In this document: one piece after another, positions 1 to 12,299 of the stretch | How positions within the stretch are numbered: position 1 is the stretch's first letter | Layout of the letters: each line of letters opens with the position of its first letter | NCBI GenBank assembly: GCA_043228905.1 | Contig: JBHGNT010000017.1 | Coordinates: forward strand, 310,001 to 374,000 | Source of the DNA: Azolla caroliniana | Lineage: Eukaryota > Plantae > Polypodiophyta | Direction: 5' to 3' | Length of the DNA stretch: 64,000 nucleotides | Notes under the pieces: model-generated | Database searches by the model: none | Seen by the model: the letters and a program-made list of their open reading frames with translations, nothing else | What the model was told of the DNA's origin: nothing | Translations under genes and position numbers: made by a program

Positions 1-1434
1 ACCCAACTTGTGTGAGTGAGTTCAAAGAAGTGCCTTGGGATAAACTCGGAAATCAGCTAGTAAGTTGTGAGGCATTCAATGCGCATCACCTCATATTGTT
101 GCCATGATTGTGTCTTTTATTGTTTCTAAGATATCTTGGTCATGGCTCATTTGGCATTTATAATTTGATGGTACTGTGGTCTGGCTCTGTTGTCCACTAC
201 TATTGTTCCCATGATCCTGTGTACAAATATGCTAATGATAGTATACAGAAATTGGATATATGATTCATGTGTGAGACCATGAAAATGGATGCACTTTAAA
301 TGTTCTCTTTTGACATCTTGACATGTGAGTCTGGTGAATTCTTTATGAAGATGCGTGCATTTTAAGCTTCATTTTCGGCTTCATGTTGGTACCCACTCAG
401 CATTTTTTGGACATTTGTAGAGTGGGTCTCCAAATCTGAAGATATATTCAGATTCTGTCATAATATGTTCCTTGTGATTGATCTCACATTCAAATTATAA
501 CACTAGTGTAGATGTAGACAGGATGATATTTATTGGAATATAGGGCTCTTTTATGACATATTTCCTTTTTTCTTGCAATGTAGATGGCCGCCAAAGTGAA
601 AAGATCACGACTTAGGGTTTAGGGTTTAGGCATTAGTAGTCATGGTTGAGCTTTAAAGTTTTAGCATGCTGAAGTTTGAAGACCAACGTATATTTAGTGA
701 ATTGTTATAATGGTCCTCAAAAATGGTATTTGAACCTTTGCCAAGCACAAAAATAATTAGAGACATTAGATTTTAAATCATAACAAGTAGTGATATTGCA
801 GTAACGAAAAATGCAAAACTAGCTTTTAAGTGATTATATTGTAACGTGCCCATGGACCCACATCCACGTAGGACCCATGAGGCACAACATGTAAGGAACC
901 ATAACTCCACATCATCACAAGAACCATGTAAGCCCCACACGACACATCATGTAAGGAGCCACAACTCCACATAATCACAAGTACACCTACCCTAACGGGA
1001 AGGAACTAATCCCAAGGTTAAGCAACTGAAAACCAAGGTTAGGTTGAGTACTTGTATGAAGCTTAAATAGTGTATTGGATGAATGGAAATGATCGGATTT
1101 TGGGGGTACATCACAATTTGCTGCATAGAAGCTATGATATTTTAGACAAAGGACTTCTTAGACGAATTTTGAATAGGATGAAGGTGCAATTATTAATTTG
1201 TGATAAGTTGTATTCTTGATTTCATTATTGTACCATTAATTAAATACTGAATTAGGTGGGTGATTCAAGTAATTATTACAAATGGTGACATATGCATAAA
1301 CATAAACTTAAGGTGGTGTTTGAGTCTCCAAAAGATGATTGCAAATATGATATTTTGTTACGCGCATGACTGTAATTTATATGTACTAAAGTTGTACCGT
1401 AGTATTCTACTCACGAGGATAAAGTGTGAGGGTT

Positions 1435-3723
1435 GTCTCAATTCCTAGGACTAAAAATAATCCTCCCTTCTTTACACTATTGATACCATATGTTAGAGCT
1501 TAATCCTAATGTAAGCATGAAATAAGGAAATATAAAATAGGTAGATAGAGAAAGAGAGAGAAAGAAGGGTGCTAAAACACTTGACCACCCCCAAGTGAAG
1601 GGATTGAAACGGACTCAAGCCTTGATCAGCATCCCATACCATTGCCATGGCATCGAGTCGTACTTCGTACTAGTGTGCCCTCTACAAGAGTGTTCATCAC
1701 ACGATCACAATCTCGATGTAGTCAAATTGTCACGGATACATAGAGCAAAGTAGAACAAAGCTAGGCAAGAGGTAGGATATTGCGAGATAGAGCGAGATGC
1801 AAGAGATAGACAAAGTAGAATATAGGATTCCGCAATTGACGTTGTTATACATGTTTGTGGGCTCTACATGTAGTTCCATCCAGAGACCCATTTTCATGTA
1901 GAAGCTTCTTGAATTTTCCAACCTCTGGAGCTTTTTGGAAGCTTCTAAACAATCTTTAAACATGGAATAGATACTCTTCTAATAATCTACTAAGATATAC
2001 ATAACATGACAATTTATTGGATGTATTGGTTAAAACATAAAACTTTATTATAATACAAGAGGCTAATGGAGTTCAAATCATGTCATTATCCTCCCTTGGC
2101 TAAGATGCCACCCTCGTTTTTGTGGATATTGGTGATGAAATGCATGAACCACTCCTCACTTGTGGAAAGCTCGATTGGAGGTGGAGGTGGAGAGTGTCTC
2201 TAGGAATGGTGGAAGGATGAAGAGGTTCAAGGAGAGAGGCATGGAAGACATTATGAATGTGGAGGAAGTTTCAATCGGAAAGTGACAGGGTTGATACGCT
2301 CAATGATACGGAAAGGCCCAAACTCCTTGTTACTAGTCCAACTTTCCGCAAGGTCGAGTAGTGTTGACATGGCGACATAAGAGTCATACTTGATCACCAA
2401 CTACAAAGGTGGGTGTGGTTGAGTGATGACGATCAACTTGCGCTTTGTATTAGTCCCCTGCAAGGATGAGCTTGAGGGAGAGGTCTTGATGAATGTCCGC
2501 TAAAGTACGGGCACTATTTCCGCTAAAGGGTTGGTTGAGTTACCAGGCATGGAGATACTGATGCGAGGATGGAAGCCATAGTTAGTGAAAAATGGGGTGA
2601 CCTTGGGTTAACCATGTAGCGTATTATTGTATGTGAACTCTGGAAGTGGCAAGAGGTTAATCCAATCATCTTGTTGGTAGTTAAGCGAGCGCCTAAGGTA
2701 TTGCTTGAGGATTTGGTTCACCCACTAAGTTTGGTCATCAATTTGAGGATGATAGGACGAGGACAAATTCACTATTGTGCCAAGTTTCTAAAGGAGTTGT
2801 CGCAAAAAACGAGAGACAAATTGGGATTGTTCGGTACCCCATGAAGCCACACCACATTCTTTAAAAATAGTTTGGTTGTTTCTTCTACTGAAATAGTCTT
2901 TGCATAGGGGCCAAAATGAGTCATCTTTGTAAACCGATCCACCATGACAAGCATTGTGTCATATCCATGGACCAGAGGCAAGTTAGTGATGATATCCACG
3001 GAAATAGATGCCCAAGGCCGATTGGGATTGGGAAGTGGGTGGAGCAAACCGTACGGTCTGTGGTGGGTGACTTTGGATCGAGCACAAGTATCACATGTCT
3101 TGATGAATTACTTGACGAACTTCTATGGTTGAGGCCACCAATATCCTTGCGAGATTAATTCCATGGTCTTTGAAACTCCAAAATGGCTAGCTAGTGGGTT
3201 GTCATGACACTTTTGGAGAACTTGAGTTCGACACCGACCCTCCGGAACATATAAGGCATGGCCCCGGTAAAGGAGTGCCCCCTTGAATCTGAAGCGATCA
3301 AGGTCTTCCTTGTTCTCTGTTTTAGATGGATTCGTAAGAGCTTTCTCAATGTCAATGGAGAATTTGTCAGTGGGAAGTACTTTGGCTATCTACTCAAGCA
3401 AAGAGTTGCCATGTAGCATGCATGTTGTGAAGAGCTGGAATTGATAATCTACTAATAATATACTAAGATATAGATACCATGATCATGTATTGGATGTATT
3501 GGTTAAAACATAATTACGCTTGATTATAATACAAGAGGTCAAGAGTTTGAATCTTGACATGATTGTTGTTATGTTCATGACACAAATGATGTCCTTATCA
3601 AGGTAGCTCAACCTCATATTTATAGCCAAACCTAAGCCCCCCAAGCAAGTTAACACTTGGCCAGTATGTATTTTCTAAATTCCTAGTATTAAAAGTATTT
3701 CTCCCTTCTTTACTCTCTTGATT
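1435..3723 (-). mobile_element. Degenerate, rearranged Ty3/gypsy (Tf2/chromovirus-like) LTR retrotransposon: integrase remnants plus LTR pieces
   Basis: Minus-strand integrase motifs broken by stops and frameshifts: HHCC zinc finger (CHDNPLASHFG...CDTCARSK, ~3075-3210), core 'LHPLPNPNRPWASISVDIITNLP...VMVDRFTKMTHF' (2772-3047) and GPY/F-like 'GPFRIIERINPVTFRLKLPP...HNVFHASLLEP' (~2225-2320). Polypurine tract (AAGGGAGGATA on minus) at 2087-2097. Confidence 0.9.
1491..2085 (-). repeat. LTR of the gypsy element (TG...CA, ~595 bp)
   Basis: Starts TGTTAG at 1491 and ends ATGTCA at 2085. Abuts the PPT at 2087-2097 and a tRNA-Met-type PBS (TGGTATCA on minus, 1481-1488). Its end (1975-2085) recurs at ~3446-3559. 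Confidence 0.65.
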
Positions 3724-4337
3724 AACCCTCACACTTTAACCTCATGTATAGAATACTATGGTACAACGTATGACGAGATAAATTATGGTCATGCTCGTAA
3801 ATACACCCATTCTTTAAAACGTTGCACTCTTGCAATGAAAAGTTAGGGAAGTTAGTTTTTAATGGTGTCTTCTTGTTCCCACATAACATCTTTTATAAAT
3901 TTATCCATTCATTTAATTTTAAATTCTTAGATTGTTTTAGAACGCAAATGTTTTGTTTTAATATCGAGAATTTTCTCTAGTACGTGTGGTTTCAAAGCTA
4001 AATTTTCAGAAGTAACCAAAGTTTCAATTGTAACTGTATTGTCGAAAGAACCAAGAATAACCGCAAAGAGATTTGGGAATCATATACATGCTTTATTACT
4101 CTTAAAGTAATCATAATAGAGTGATTCAACAAATTTGGCATTTTCGATGCATTCGAAAGGCTAGATTAACAAAGATGTTCTAAAGAAGAACATACATTGG
4201 TTGTTTATGATGATCCCTTTGAAGATTTGTTGTAGACATCATGAAATATAGCAACCTCTTCTGTGGTGAAGTGAACATGAATTTAAGCACCATTTACAGG
4301 GGGGAAAAGACTCCTTGAACTAGCACATAGGAGTTTT

Positions 4338-4752
4338 GATTGGGTCCCAATCGTAACGTGTATCCATGAAATGCTATGATGTTGAAAAAGTTCAAAGGAA
4401 ATGAATGGGAGGTTAGATTGAGTCCCAATTGTTACGTGTAGCTATGAAATGCTACAATGTTGAAAAAGTTCAAAGGAAATGAATGGGAGGTTAGATTGAG
4501 TCCCAATTGTTACGTGTATCTATGAAATGCGACGACGTTGAAAAAGTTCAAAGGAAATGAATGGGAGGTTAGATTGAGTCCCAATTGTTACGTGTATCTA
4601 TGAAATGCAACGATGTTGAAAAAGTTCAAAGGAAATGAATGGGAGGTTAGATTGAGTCCCATTGTTATGTGTATCTATGAAATGCTACGATGTGGAAAAA
4701 GTTCAACGGAAATGAATGGGAGACTCAATTGAGTCCCAATTGTTATTTGTAT
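4338..4752. repeat. Minisatellite, 78-bp unit, ~5.3 copies
   Basis: The motif gt(t/g)gaaaaagttcaa(a/c)ggaaatgaatgggag starts at 4381, 4459, 4537, 4615 and 4692 (period 78, last 77). Confidence 0.97.
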
Positions 4753-6229
4753 TTCCTCCAGCACATGAGGCATGTGGCCATGTCCAACTATTCTTGGCAA
4801 TGCTTGGGGAGATATGTATGTCTGTGGCAACCTAAAAGCAATTGGAAAAAGGTAAAAGTCTGTGTTGTTGCTAACATATTGGAAAGTGTCCATGTATCAT
4901 GTAAATAGCTTTAGACATAATATACATAAACCATTGTTGGGGAAAAACAAAAATAAAAAATGCTATGATGTTGGAATTTCTTCGTTGGGCTATGTGTACA
5001 TTCATATTATTACCAACAAAAAGATGATCTATTAAGCCATAAAATTGTTCACATTACAAGAAATATCATGTAAAAAACTTGAATCATAGATTATTAACGA
5101 TACAGGTGACGATGATTTCGTTTTATGCGCCTCCTATTCACTTGCTATTATTCGTTGTTCTCCGTAGCATAGTCTTTCCTACCAAATGTTCTACCTGATG
5201 TAACGCAATCATTCCTAACATATACTAAATATTCCATTTTTGGTATCATCGCTACTTATATGGTCTTTATAGCACAAGCCTCAAGTTAAAATCGTACCCC
5301 ATCCTAGTTTTCTTTTATAGGATCACATTCCTCCTCGTGTTATCCATGTCAAAAGCCAAAACCCTCGCTATCAAGGAACTTGTAGCATCGTTATGGGGTA
5401 GATACATAGATTTTGTGGCAAAAGTCAAAAGCGAAAACCCTACATACCTTTTTATTTTTACTTCATAGGATTAGAGTACCAACAATAATTGGATGCTGAC
5501 CTTATTTGCCTTGTTCACATGGACCGCTCCTCCCATGTTTCCTAATGGAACGCATAGCCCCCACATTAGATTATGGGTAAAATAGGTTGAGTCACCAAAT
5601 GTTGCAACACTTCATGGCAAGTAAAGAGATGAAGCTTGGGTGAAAGCGTTTAAAAAAAGAGAGTACACACATTGGCAATTAAGCTTCCGTTTTGAAAGTA
5701 TCCCGCATTGAGCCAAAGTGCCAAAGAGATGCATGGTTCCCACTGCCTACTCATCTGAAATGGATCGTGAATCTTTGGCCCACTTAAGATGCTTTGCGGG
5801 GTCCCGAGGTAGGGACAAGGAAATTACGATGCAATCAAAGGTTGAACAGAAGGGTGCCGTTTTTTGCAGGAGCATGAGTTACAGCGAGATTATATTTGAA
5901 AACATAAAAATAGAAGGAAGTGGTACCACAAGCGCAACATATGCCTACATGTCACAGACACAGCCAATGAATAATTCCGATAGGAGAACAAGCACCGGAC
6001 ACAGAAATTGGTTTTGTGGTAGACAGACAAATAAGTAGTAAGTACAGATGTTTTTCTTGAAGGAAGAAAGAGTGGTTAAGTAAGTCACTTGAGTCTCCAA
6101 GTGAGCTGAGAAGGTTACTTACTACATACTAGTAAGAGAGCTTACACAATTCACAACATTGCATTAATTAATGTGGTGCGACGAGAGGGAAGTGATATGA
6201 TCATCATTCATGATGGTGACATATCCTGC

Positions 6230-6230
<1 letters not shown>

Positions 6231-6266
<36 letters not shown>
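6231..6266. repeat. (CAA)12 microsatellite just downstream of the AZG stop codon
   Basis: Directly visible. It explains the spurious poly-Q ORF 6210-6473. Confidence 0.97.
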
Positions 6267-6347
6267 ACAGTACAGCATTGCAACCAACAACAACGCCACG
6301 CCAACCGCTCATATCATGGTTGGTATTTATGTGAAGAGTCATGGTTT

Positions 6348-8216
6348 TTATGCGATGGGGGTGGGGGTGGGGGTGGGAGTGGCCCCTACATCATGAGGAA
6401 GAAGGCCGCCGCTGCCGCCGTCGTGTTTGATGATGACTTGGACTTCTGCCATCCTTTCAGAAGGGCTATGTAGTGTTCGGCGGCGGCGGGCCCTCTCAGA
6501 AGTAGCTTTGAAGATGAGCAAAGCCAAGCATTGGGGCGCGTGTAGGACGACGTATACAATGATGCCTGCAAGGAGGCCGTAGGCAACGGAGTAGGTGAAG
6601 GGCATGAGGATGATGGTGACGAAGGCGGGCACTGCATGGCCCATGTGGTCCCACCGTATCTCCATGACGGGCCGCATCAACAGCACCCCCACCATGAGCA
6701 GCGGCGGGCCGACGGCCCACGGAGGGATGGAGGCCAGCAGGGGCGTGAAGAATAAGGAGAAGCCGAAGTAGACGGCGACGGTGAGCGCGGTTAGCCCCGT
6801 CCTGCCACCCTCCCTGATGCCCGTCGATGACTCACCGTACACCGTCACGGACGAGCATCCCAGCGCTGCCCCCGCCATGATCCCCACCGCGTCGCTCATG
6901 AACGCCACGTACTGCCCTTCAAACTCGCCATCCTCCTGCACAAACCCCGCCAGCTTAGCCAGCGCATACAAACCGCCTGTGGTGTCCAGCAAATCGATGT
7001 AGAGGAAGGTCAGCAATGCCCCCCAGAACTGGCCTGACCCCAAGTACTCAAAGCTGAGCGCCCCGGCGGTTGTGCGTATCCAGTGGACGTCCACTACTTT
7101 AGAGAAGTATTGGAAGGCGGCATCTCCAGTGGGGGTGTGAGGGAACACGGTGAAGGGAGTGGATCGGATCCACGACAGCAGTGTGACGAACAGGATGCCA
7201 TAGATGATTCCTCCGCTCATCTTCTTCTTCAGAGCGTAGGCGATGAGGAGGAATCCTGCAGCTCCGAGCCAGAAGGTGGGGCTCTCCATGTGCTGGCCCA
7301 GGCAAACAGTAGCAGCAGAGGCAGCAGCGCCAGGTAGAAGAACGAGTGTACCATTAGGTAGGGCGGAGACTGGCGCTAATGGCGCTCGAGATGAGACAGG
7401 GCACGCCGCAATGGAGACCAGGGTAGCAGGATTGAAGCCCACTAAGCCCAGCCCTACTTGCTCGGATTGTAGCCCAATGAAGGCTAAGAAGAGGCCGATC
7501 CCTGCGGTAGTGGCGAGGCGGAGCGGTGGGGGGATGAGTTTAGCCAGCCGGGACCGAAGGCCAACAGCCGCGATAAGAAAGAAGAGGGCACCCTCCACGA
7601 AAACAGCCGTGAGCGCCGCACGGTAAGGGAGGTTTCCGGAGCCATGGTAGCCGACCAGGGTATAGGCAAAATACGCATTCATGCCCATGCCAGGGGCCAG
7701 AGCCAGTGGCAGGTTGGCCCAGATGCCCATGACGCCCGAGCCGATTATCACCGACAGTGCAGTCGCGACGACCAGGTCTTGGCGAGTCCGATCTACACAT
7801 GCTGCGTAGCCCGGGTTCACGGGAAAGAACTTACAACTGCTGTCAAATTCCTGCGGGCATGAAGTGGCATTGATCGGATTTTTTGGGCAAGTGCATTCCG
7901 AATTGGTGGCATTACTGTAAGAGTTGAATGGTGGTGGGCAGGGGGGGCATTCAGAATTGGACGAAGAATTTAATGGAAGGCAAGTGCAATCGGAAACTGA
8001 ACACGTGCCTCCGGAGTCGGAAAGAATGCGCGCATTTGCTGCTAGTATATATGCCATGGTGAGAAAAGTGGTGGTGCCTGCGCGAACCTCTTGGGTAAAG
8101 CATGTGCCCCGTTCCGCTAACTTGAACCGCCGCCCAACCACACTGTTCTCCACCCTAACATTAGCCCTTTCCACCAAATTGCCAACGTACTGACGTAGTA
8201 TCTGAAGTTTCTCCAT
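6348..8216 (-). CDS. AZG1: Adenine/guanine (and cytokinin) permease, AzgA/AZG family of NCS2 transporters, intronless, 622 aa
   Basis: Motifs [100 protein letters not shown] match plant AZG1 as I recall it. First ATG is at 8216; the ORF-track start at 8225 is TTG. Confidence 0.95.
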   Translation of the reverse strand: MEKLQILRQYVGNLVERANVRVENSVVGRRFKLAERGTCFTQEVRAGTTTFLTMAYILAANARILSDSGGTCSVSDCTCLPLNSSSNSECPPCPPPFNSYSNATNSECTCPKNPINATSCPQEFDSSCKFFPVNPGYAACVDRTRQDLVVATALSVIIGSGVMGIWANLPLALAPGMGMNAYFAYTLVGYHGSGNLPYRAALTAVFVEGALFFLIAAVGLRSRLAKLIPPPLRLATTAGIGLFLAFIGLQSEQVGLGLVGFNPATLVSIAACPVSSRAPLAPVSALPNGTLVLLPGAAASAATVCLGQHMESPTFWLGAAGFLLIAYALKKKMSGGIIYGILFVTLLSWIRSTPFTVFPHTPTGDAAFQYFSKVVDVHWIRTTAGALSFEYLGSGQFWGALLTFLYIDLLDTTGGLYALAKLAGFVQEDGEFEGQYVAFMSDAVGIMAGAALGCSSVTVYGESSTGIREGGRTGLTALTVAVYFGFSLFFTPLLASIPPWAVGPPLLMVGVLLMRPVMEIRWDHMGHAVPAFVTIILMPFTYSVAYGLLAGIIVYVVLHAPQCLALLIFKATSERARRRRTLHSPSERMAEVQVIIKHDGGSGGLLPHDVGATPTPTPTPIA

Positions 8217-9392
8217 CCCTAACAACTACCAGATTACTTGGGTAGATTGATGAAGTATATGATTTGTTATTAGCCTTATGATCACTCAATACAATTCAGC
8301 ACGCCTTTGCTAGGTTATGCTTATGTACATCTGTCTATTTAATATTGCATCTCACGCAACTAGCTAGGCCATAGTACATACAACCCACAAAGAACACAGT
8401 AACAATGATACAACTACAAAGATAGTAAGTAGTAAGTACTCCTTTCATTCCTAGCAGCCTGGTTGGTTAGTCACGACTCACCATATATATCTTATATATA
8501 TAAGTTGTCTTAAATGTTATAAACGTGTAAAGGGCTTGTTGTTCCCTCGTGATCATTTTTAGAAGGGCGATTCTCTATCTAAGAATATATAATATATGGT
8601 TGGTTGGTTTTTGCTATCATTATTATTATTAGCATGCGTCGTTACATTGCAGCGCGCGTGTGTTGATATTTGCATCGATGCTCATGTCAAAGAATTCCTT
8701 CTTCTTGTCTCAATCTCGAGGTCAAGCAATTGTGTCACATACCTCCTCCTCCTTTTCTCGATCTCAGGGTCGAGTAATTTTGTCACTTACCTCGACTCTC
8801 TTGCTCGTATTATTAAAATACTAGATAAGACATCATCATTGGTTCATGGGTAATAATAGATATTTTCCTCTCTTCATTAACTTAATCTATGATTGCTTGC
8901 ACACTTGACACCAACTTTCAAGGCCATCCCCTCCCTATCTATTTTCACGTTCTTTTTAACAAAATCTCATGTGCTAAAAGCACTAGAGTCTAGTATACTA
9001 CAAATCTTAGCTAAGCATCATTGCTATTGTTCCTTCCTTTTTTAGGTTATTTGGTCAAAGATTCTTGTCAATCTCACATAATACATTGAACAAACACCTT
9101 TGTTTGCATTATATCTCACTAGCCCACTTCAGCCTTGAACTCTTCCTCTATCTTTTGTAATCCATTATCTTACATTGGGGAATGTGTATGTCTTTGCCTC
9201 CTCCAAGACTCAATCTCCATCTCTAACTAAGATGTTCCGTCTCCCTAAGCTTTCATCATGCATGCTATCACAATCTGAAATCTCGTAATAAAATTGTAAG
9301 GAAAAGATTTGGTTTTCGAGACTTGCACATGAAATATTCTTGACACTCTCATGAATTCCTCTACATCCTAATTATGTTTCGTTCAATGTTGC

Positions 9393-9790
9393 ACAACCTC
9401 AAGTGCATGACATCATCATGCCCTATGAAGTGTCATAAAATATTTTTCTTGGACTTAATCTAGTTTGTGCTATTTGCAAATCATCACAAATACAATCCTT
9501 ATATAACTCTATGAGATAATCCAAAATTCAAAATCCATGTGGCTTTAAGAACAATGCCTTATGTGGGCAATCTCAAGTACATGACATCATCATGCCCTAT
9601 TAAGTGACATACGGTGCCTTTCTTGGAGTTGATTAGTAATGATTTGAATATATGACGCACATTTATAATATAGACATATGTAGGAGCTTGATGGACAATT
9701 TAGTTTTTTATATTTGCAAACTTTCACAAGTAAAAACCCTTATACATATAACTCAATGAATTGGTCCAACATTCAAATTCCATGTGGCAT
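9393..9790. repeat. Diverged direct repeat (~9393-9545 vs ~9569-9790)
   Basis: Blocks caa(c/t)ctcaagt(g/a)catgacatcatcatgccctat and tatttgcaaa...attcaaa(a/t)tccatgtggc each occur twice in the same order. Confidence 0.75.
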
Positions 9791-11159
9791 CAATACCTTC
9801 ATTAGTAAATATAAAGCATATTGCCCATGCTCTTGTGAACTATATTGATTGTAAACTTTATTGGACTAGTGGTTTCATGCATCTTCGTGGATATTTGACA
9901 AACTTGGTGTTTAAATGTTGAGTGAGTCGTCGGATTGTGTTGTTGCTAGTTTTCCAATCAATGTTCATGATCGTATGATGATGGCACATGAGAGGATGTA
10001 TAGTCATGTCTCTTTACCAATTTGTACCTTGAAAAATGGGGAATGGGCAACAAACAAACACAATTCTAGCTTATACATATAGTTTATGAGCATAGAGAAT
10101 ATGCACCAATAATGCTCATGTGGGTTGGATGGAAGGTAATGTGAACAATGTAGGTTGCTCATTTGGATGAGTGATAATGTGTGTGTGAATTATCATTTGA
10201 CGTAGATATAAAAAATACTTATTATTAACACCACCCACTTTAAGGGGTGTTGTCCCCTTACGATAATTGCATTTTGGATTGAGAACACATGTTATGATCC
10301 CGATGAAAGAAAATGAGCTCGTCGAGCATCAAGCTAAGTTCATTGAAGATTTCACTATCAATGTTAGCATTTTGATGTTTATGTATCATTGTGCAAATTT
10401 ACTATTCTTGGCTCTTCTCAAGTTTTTTCTTAGTTACTTTTTGTGGTGCCACTCCTAATTACACATTTAAAGAAACTATGTTGATTTTGCCACACAAATT
10501 TTAGGGTTATTAGCTCAAAGGACGACGATGACAACTTGTTTACACAAGTTTTGTTTTTTTACCATTGTTTATACCACTCACTTTAGGAAGTCACTACCTT
10601 AATCTAACATTTGGTGTCCTCTCACAAAACATGCTTGAGATGATATTATGCATGAGGATATGGTTCTTATAGAAAATATTGATGAATCACCCATATGTGG
10701 CCCTTCTCATATTGTTTCATGGCATTACTTTATATATCAACTTATATGTGTGTTGTCAAATCTTCCACATGTGATGTAGTTTGAATAGATATTGTAATAT
10801 ATATCTAGATACACTTGTGGCCAAATGGAGTGATCAACAATTTGCCCTCAAATAATCTTATATAATGAAATAGGAACTTAACAACTAACATGTTACCATA
10901 TCCATGCCATTCAAAGTGGGGTGGCAATCACTATGAATTCATAGTCATGATCACCAAAATTATGGTGGAGCATGGAGAGACCAAATTAGAGTAAATAGTT
11001 TATGCATGTGTGGTTTGTGGCCTCAATGTAAATGGTATCTCATCTGGAACTTCTGGGTGAGGTAACTCACGTTCCCTTGTCTTCTTAATTGCTTCTACAC
11101 GATGAGTGACTTTGAAGCCCAATATCCAAGGGCGTTTGGTTATTCTTTGATTTTATGCT

Positions 11160-11163
<4 letters not shown>

Positions 11164-11231
<68 letters not shown>
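11164..11231. repeat. Compound (TG)n(AG)n microsatellite
   Basis: Directly visible. Confidence 0.97.
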
Positions 11232-11234
<3 letters not shown>

Positions 11235-11660
11235 TCATCGATTTATACAATGCTCGATTGCTTCTCAATTTTGGAGTTACATTTCTCAAATTTGACAAGT
11301 TTTATCACGGTGTTATTTGACACCTAGATAGTGGGTGTTTGTACAATTTACACAGGTGGACCCAAAGTCAGAGATGGAGATTGTTTTTCTATTTTTGAGA
11401 TATTGGGGATTGCATCATAATTGGAATATGCACAACGCTTTTGTATTTGATGGTAGACATGGAGTGAAAGCATATCTATGAAAGTTGAAGGGAGTACTAA
11501 TGTGGCAATTTTCTTTATTGGAGCAAGTGGAAATCCTTTCCTCGGTGGAATGTTTGTCTTGCCTATTGGCAATTACCCATGTAGTGTAGTGTAGTTAGTG
11601 GGTGACCATATTTCATGGTCACACCCATTGTAAGTAGTGTTTTCACCAAAGAGAGAGAGA

Positions 11661-11796
11661 CCACATTCCACAGTGGCATCTAGTGAAATAGAGATATATA
11701 TGAAATATATAATAGAGAGGTGAGAAAATTGGGTTTCAAACCCAAGACACAGTGCTTGTAGTGTTATCAACTTACCACTGGGGTAAGCTAATTACG

Positions 11797-11843
<47 letters not shown>
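11661..11843 (+). mobile_element. 5'-truncated SINE-like copy A with (GA)n tail
   Basis: Body acattccacagtggcatctagtgaa...gtgcttgtagtg...aattacgataa matches copies at 11844-12054 and 36681-36872. Preceded by (GA)5 and followed by ~(GA)21. Confidence 0.8.
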
Positions 11844-11844
<1 letters not shown>

Positions 11845-12054
11845 AAGCGAGCTTGAGCTCAGTTGGTAAGGTTGCCCAATGGAGACCAGGTGGTCATGGG
11901 TTCAACCCCTACATTCCACAGTGGCATCTAGTGAATTAAGAGATATATAAGAAGTATACAATAGAGAGGTGAGGATGTTGGGTTTCGAACCCAGAAACAC
12001 ACGCAGTGCTTGTAGTGCTAACAACTTACCACTAACGCAAGGTAATTACGATAA
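11844..12054 (+). mobile_element. tRNA-derived SINE-like element, copy B (with Pol III head)
   Basis: A-box-like GAGCTCAGTTGG (11855-11866) and B-box-like GGTTCAACCCC (11899-11909) at tRNA spacing, followed by a tRNA-unrelated body shared with two other copies in the window. Confidence 0.8.
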
Positions 12055-12299
12055 AAAAGAAGAAGAGATGGATGGATGGATCAACAAGAAAGTAGTAACT
12101 ATGGTTGTTATTAATGTGGAAAAGTCATTGATTACACCAAGGACAATTAGATATAGAGAAGGTATACAATCATATAAATTGATCTTTTATTCCCCAACTT
12201 ACATCTCATATGGTTTTTTGTGTAAATGATGCCCCTTGATTTTTAGGTTAATGCAATGTCACAAGTTGATCTAAATACAGTGGCACGACAATGATGATA

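Larger units (their letters stand above)
1358..3800. repeat. 77-bp inverted repeat pair (1358-1434 / 3724-3800) bracketing the gypsy relic
   Basis: Reverse complement of 1358-1434 (aaccctcacactttatcctcgtgagtagaatactacggtacaac...tcatgcgcgtaa) aligns without gaps to 3724-3800 (aaccctcacactttaacctcatgtatagaatactatggtacaac...tcatgctcgtaa). Confidence 0.85.

Noticed and set aside
612-630. TTAGGGTTTAGGGTTTAGG telomere-like run
   Set aside because: Fewer than three units; too short to call an interstitial telomeric array.
4338-4752. CRISPR-like regular repeat
   Set aside because: Units are contiguous with no unique spacers, the context is eukaryotic and there are no cas genes; it is a minisatellite.
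6210-8193. Many short ORFs overlapping or adjoining AZG1 on both strands
   Set aside because: Shadow ORFs of a GC-rich CDS and of the (CAA)n repeat; no recognisable domains.
11850-11915. tRNA gene
   Set aside because: A and B boxes are present, but I could not form an acceptor or anticodon stem and there is no poly-T terminator; it continues into a dispersed repeat body, so it is a SINE head.
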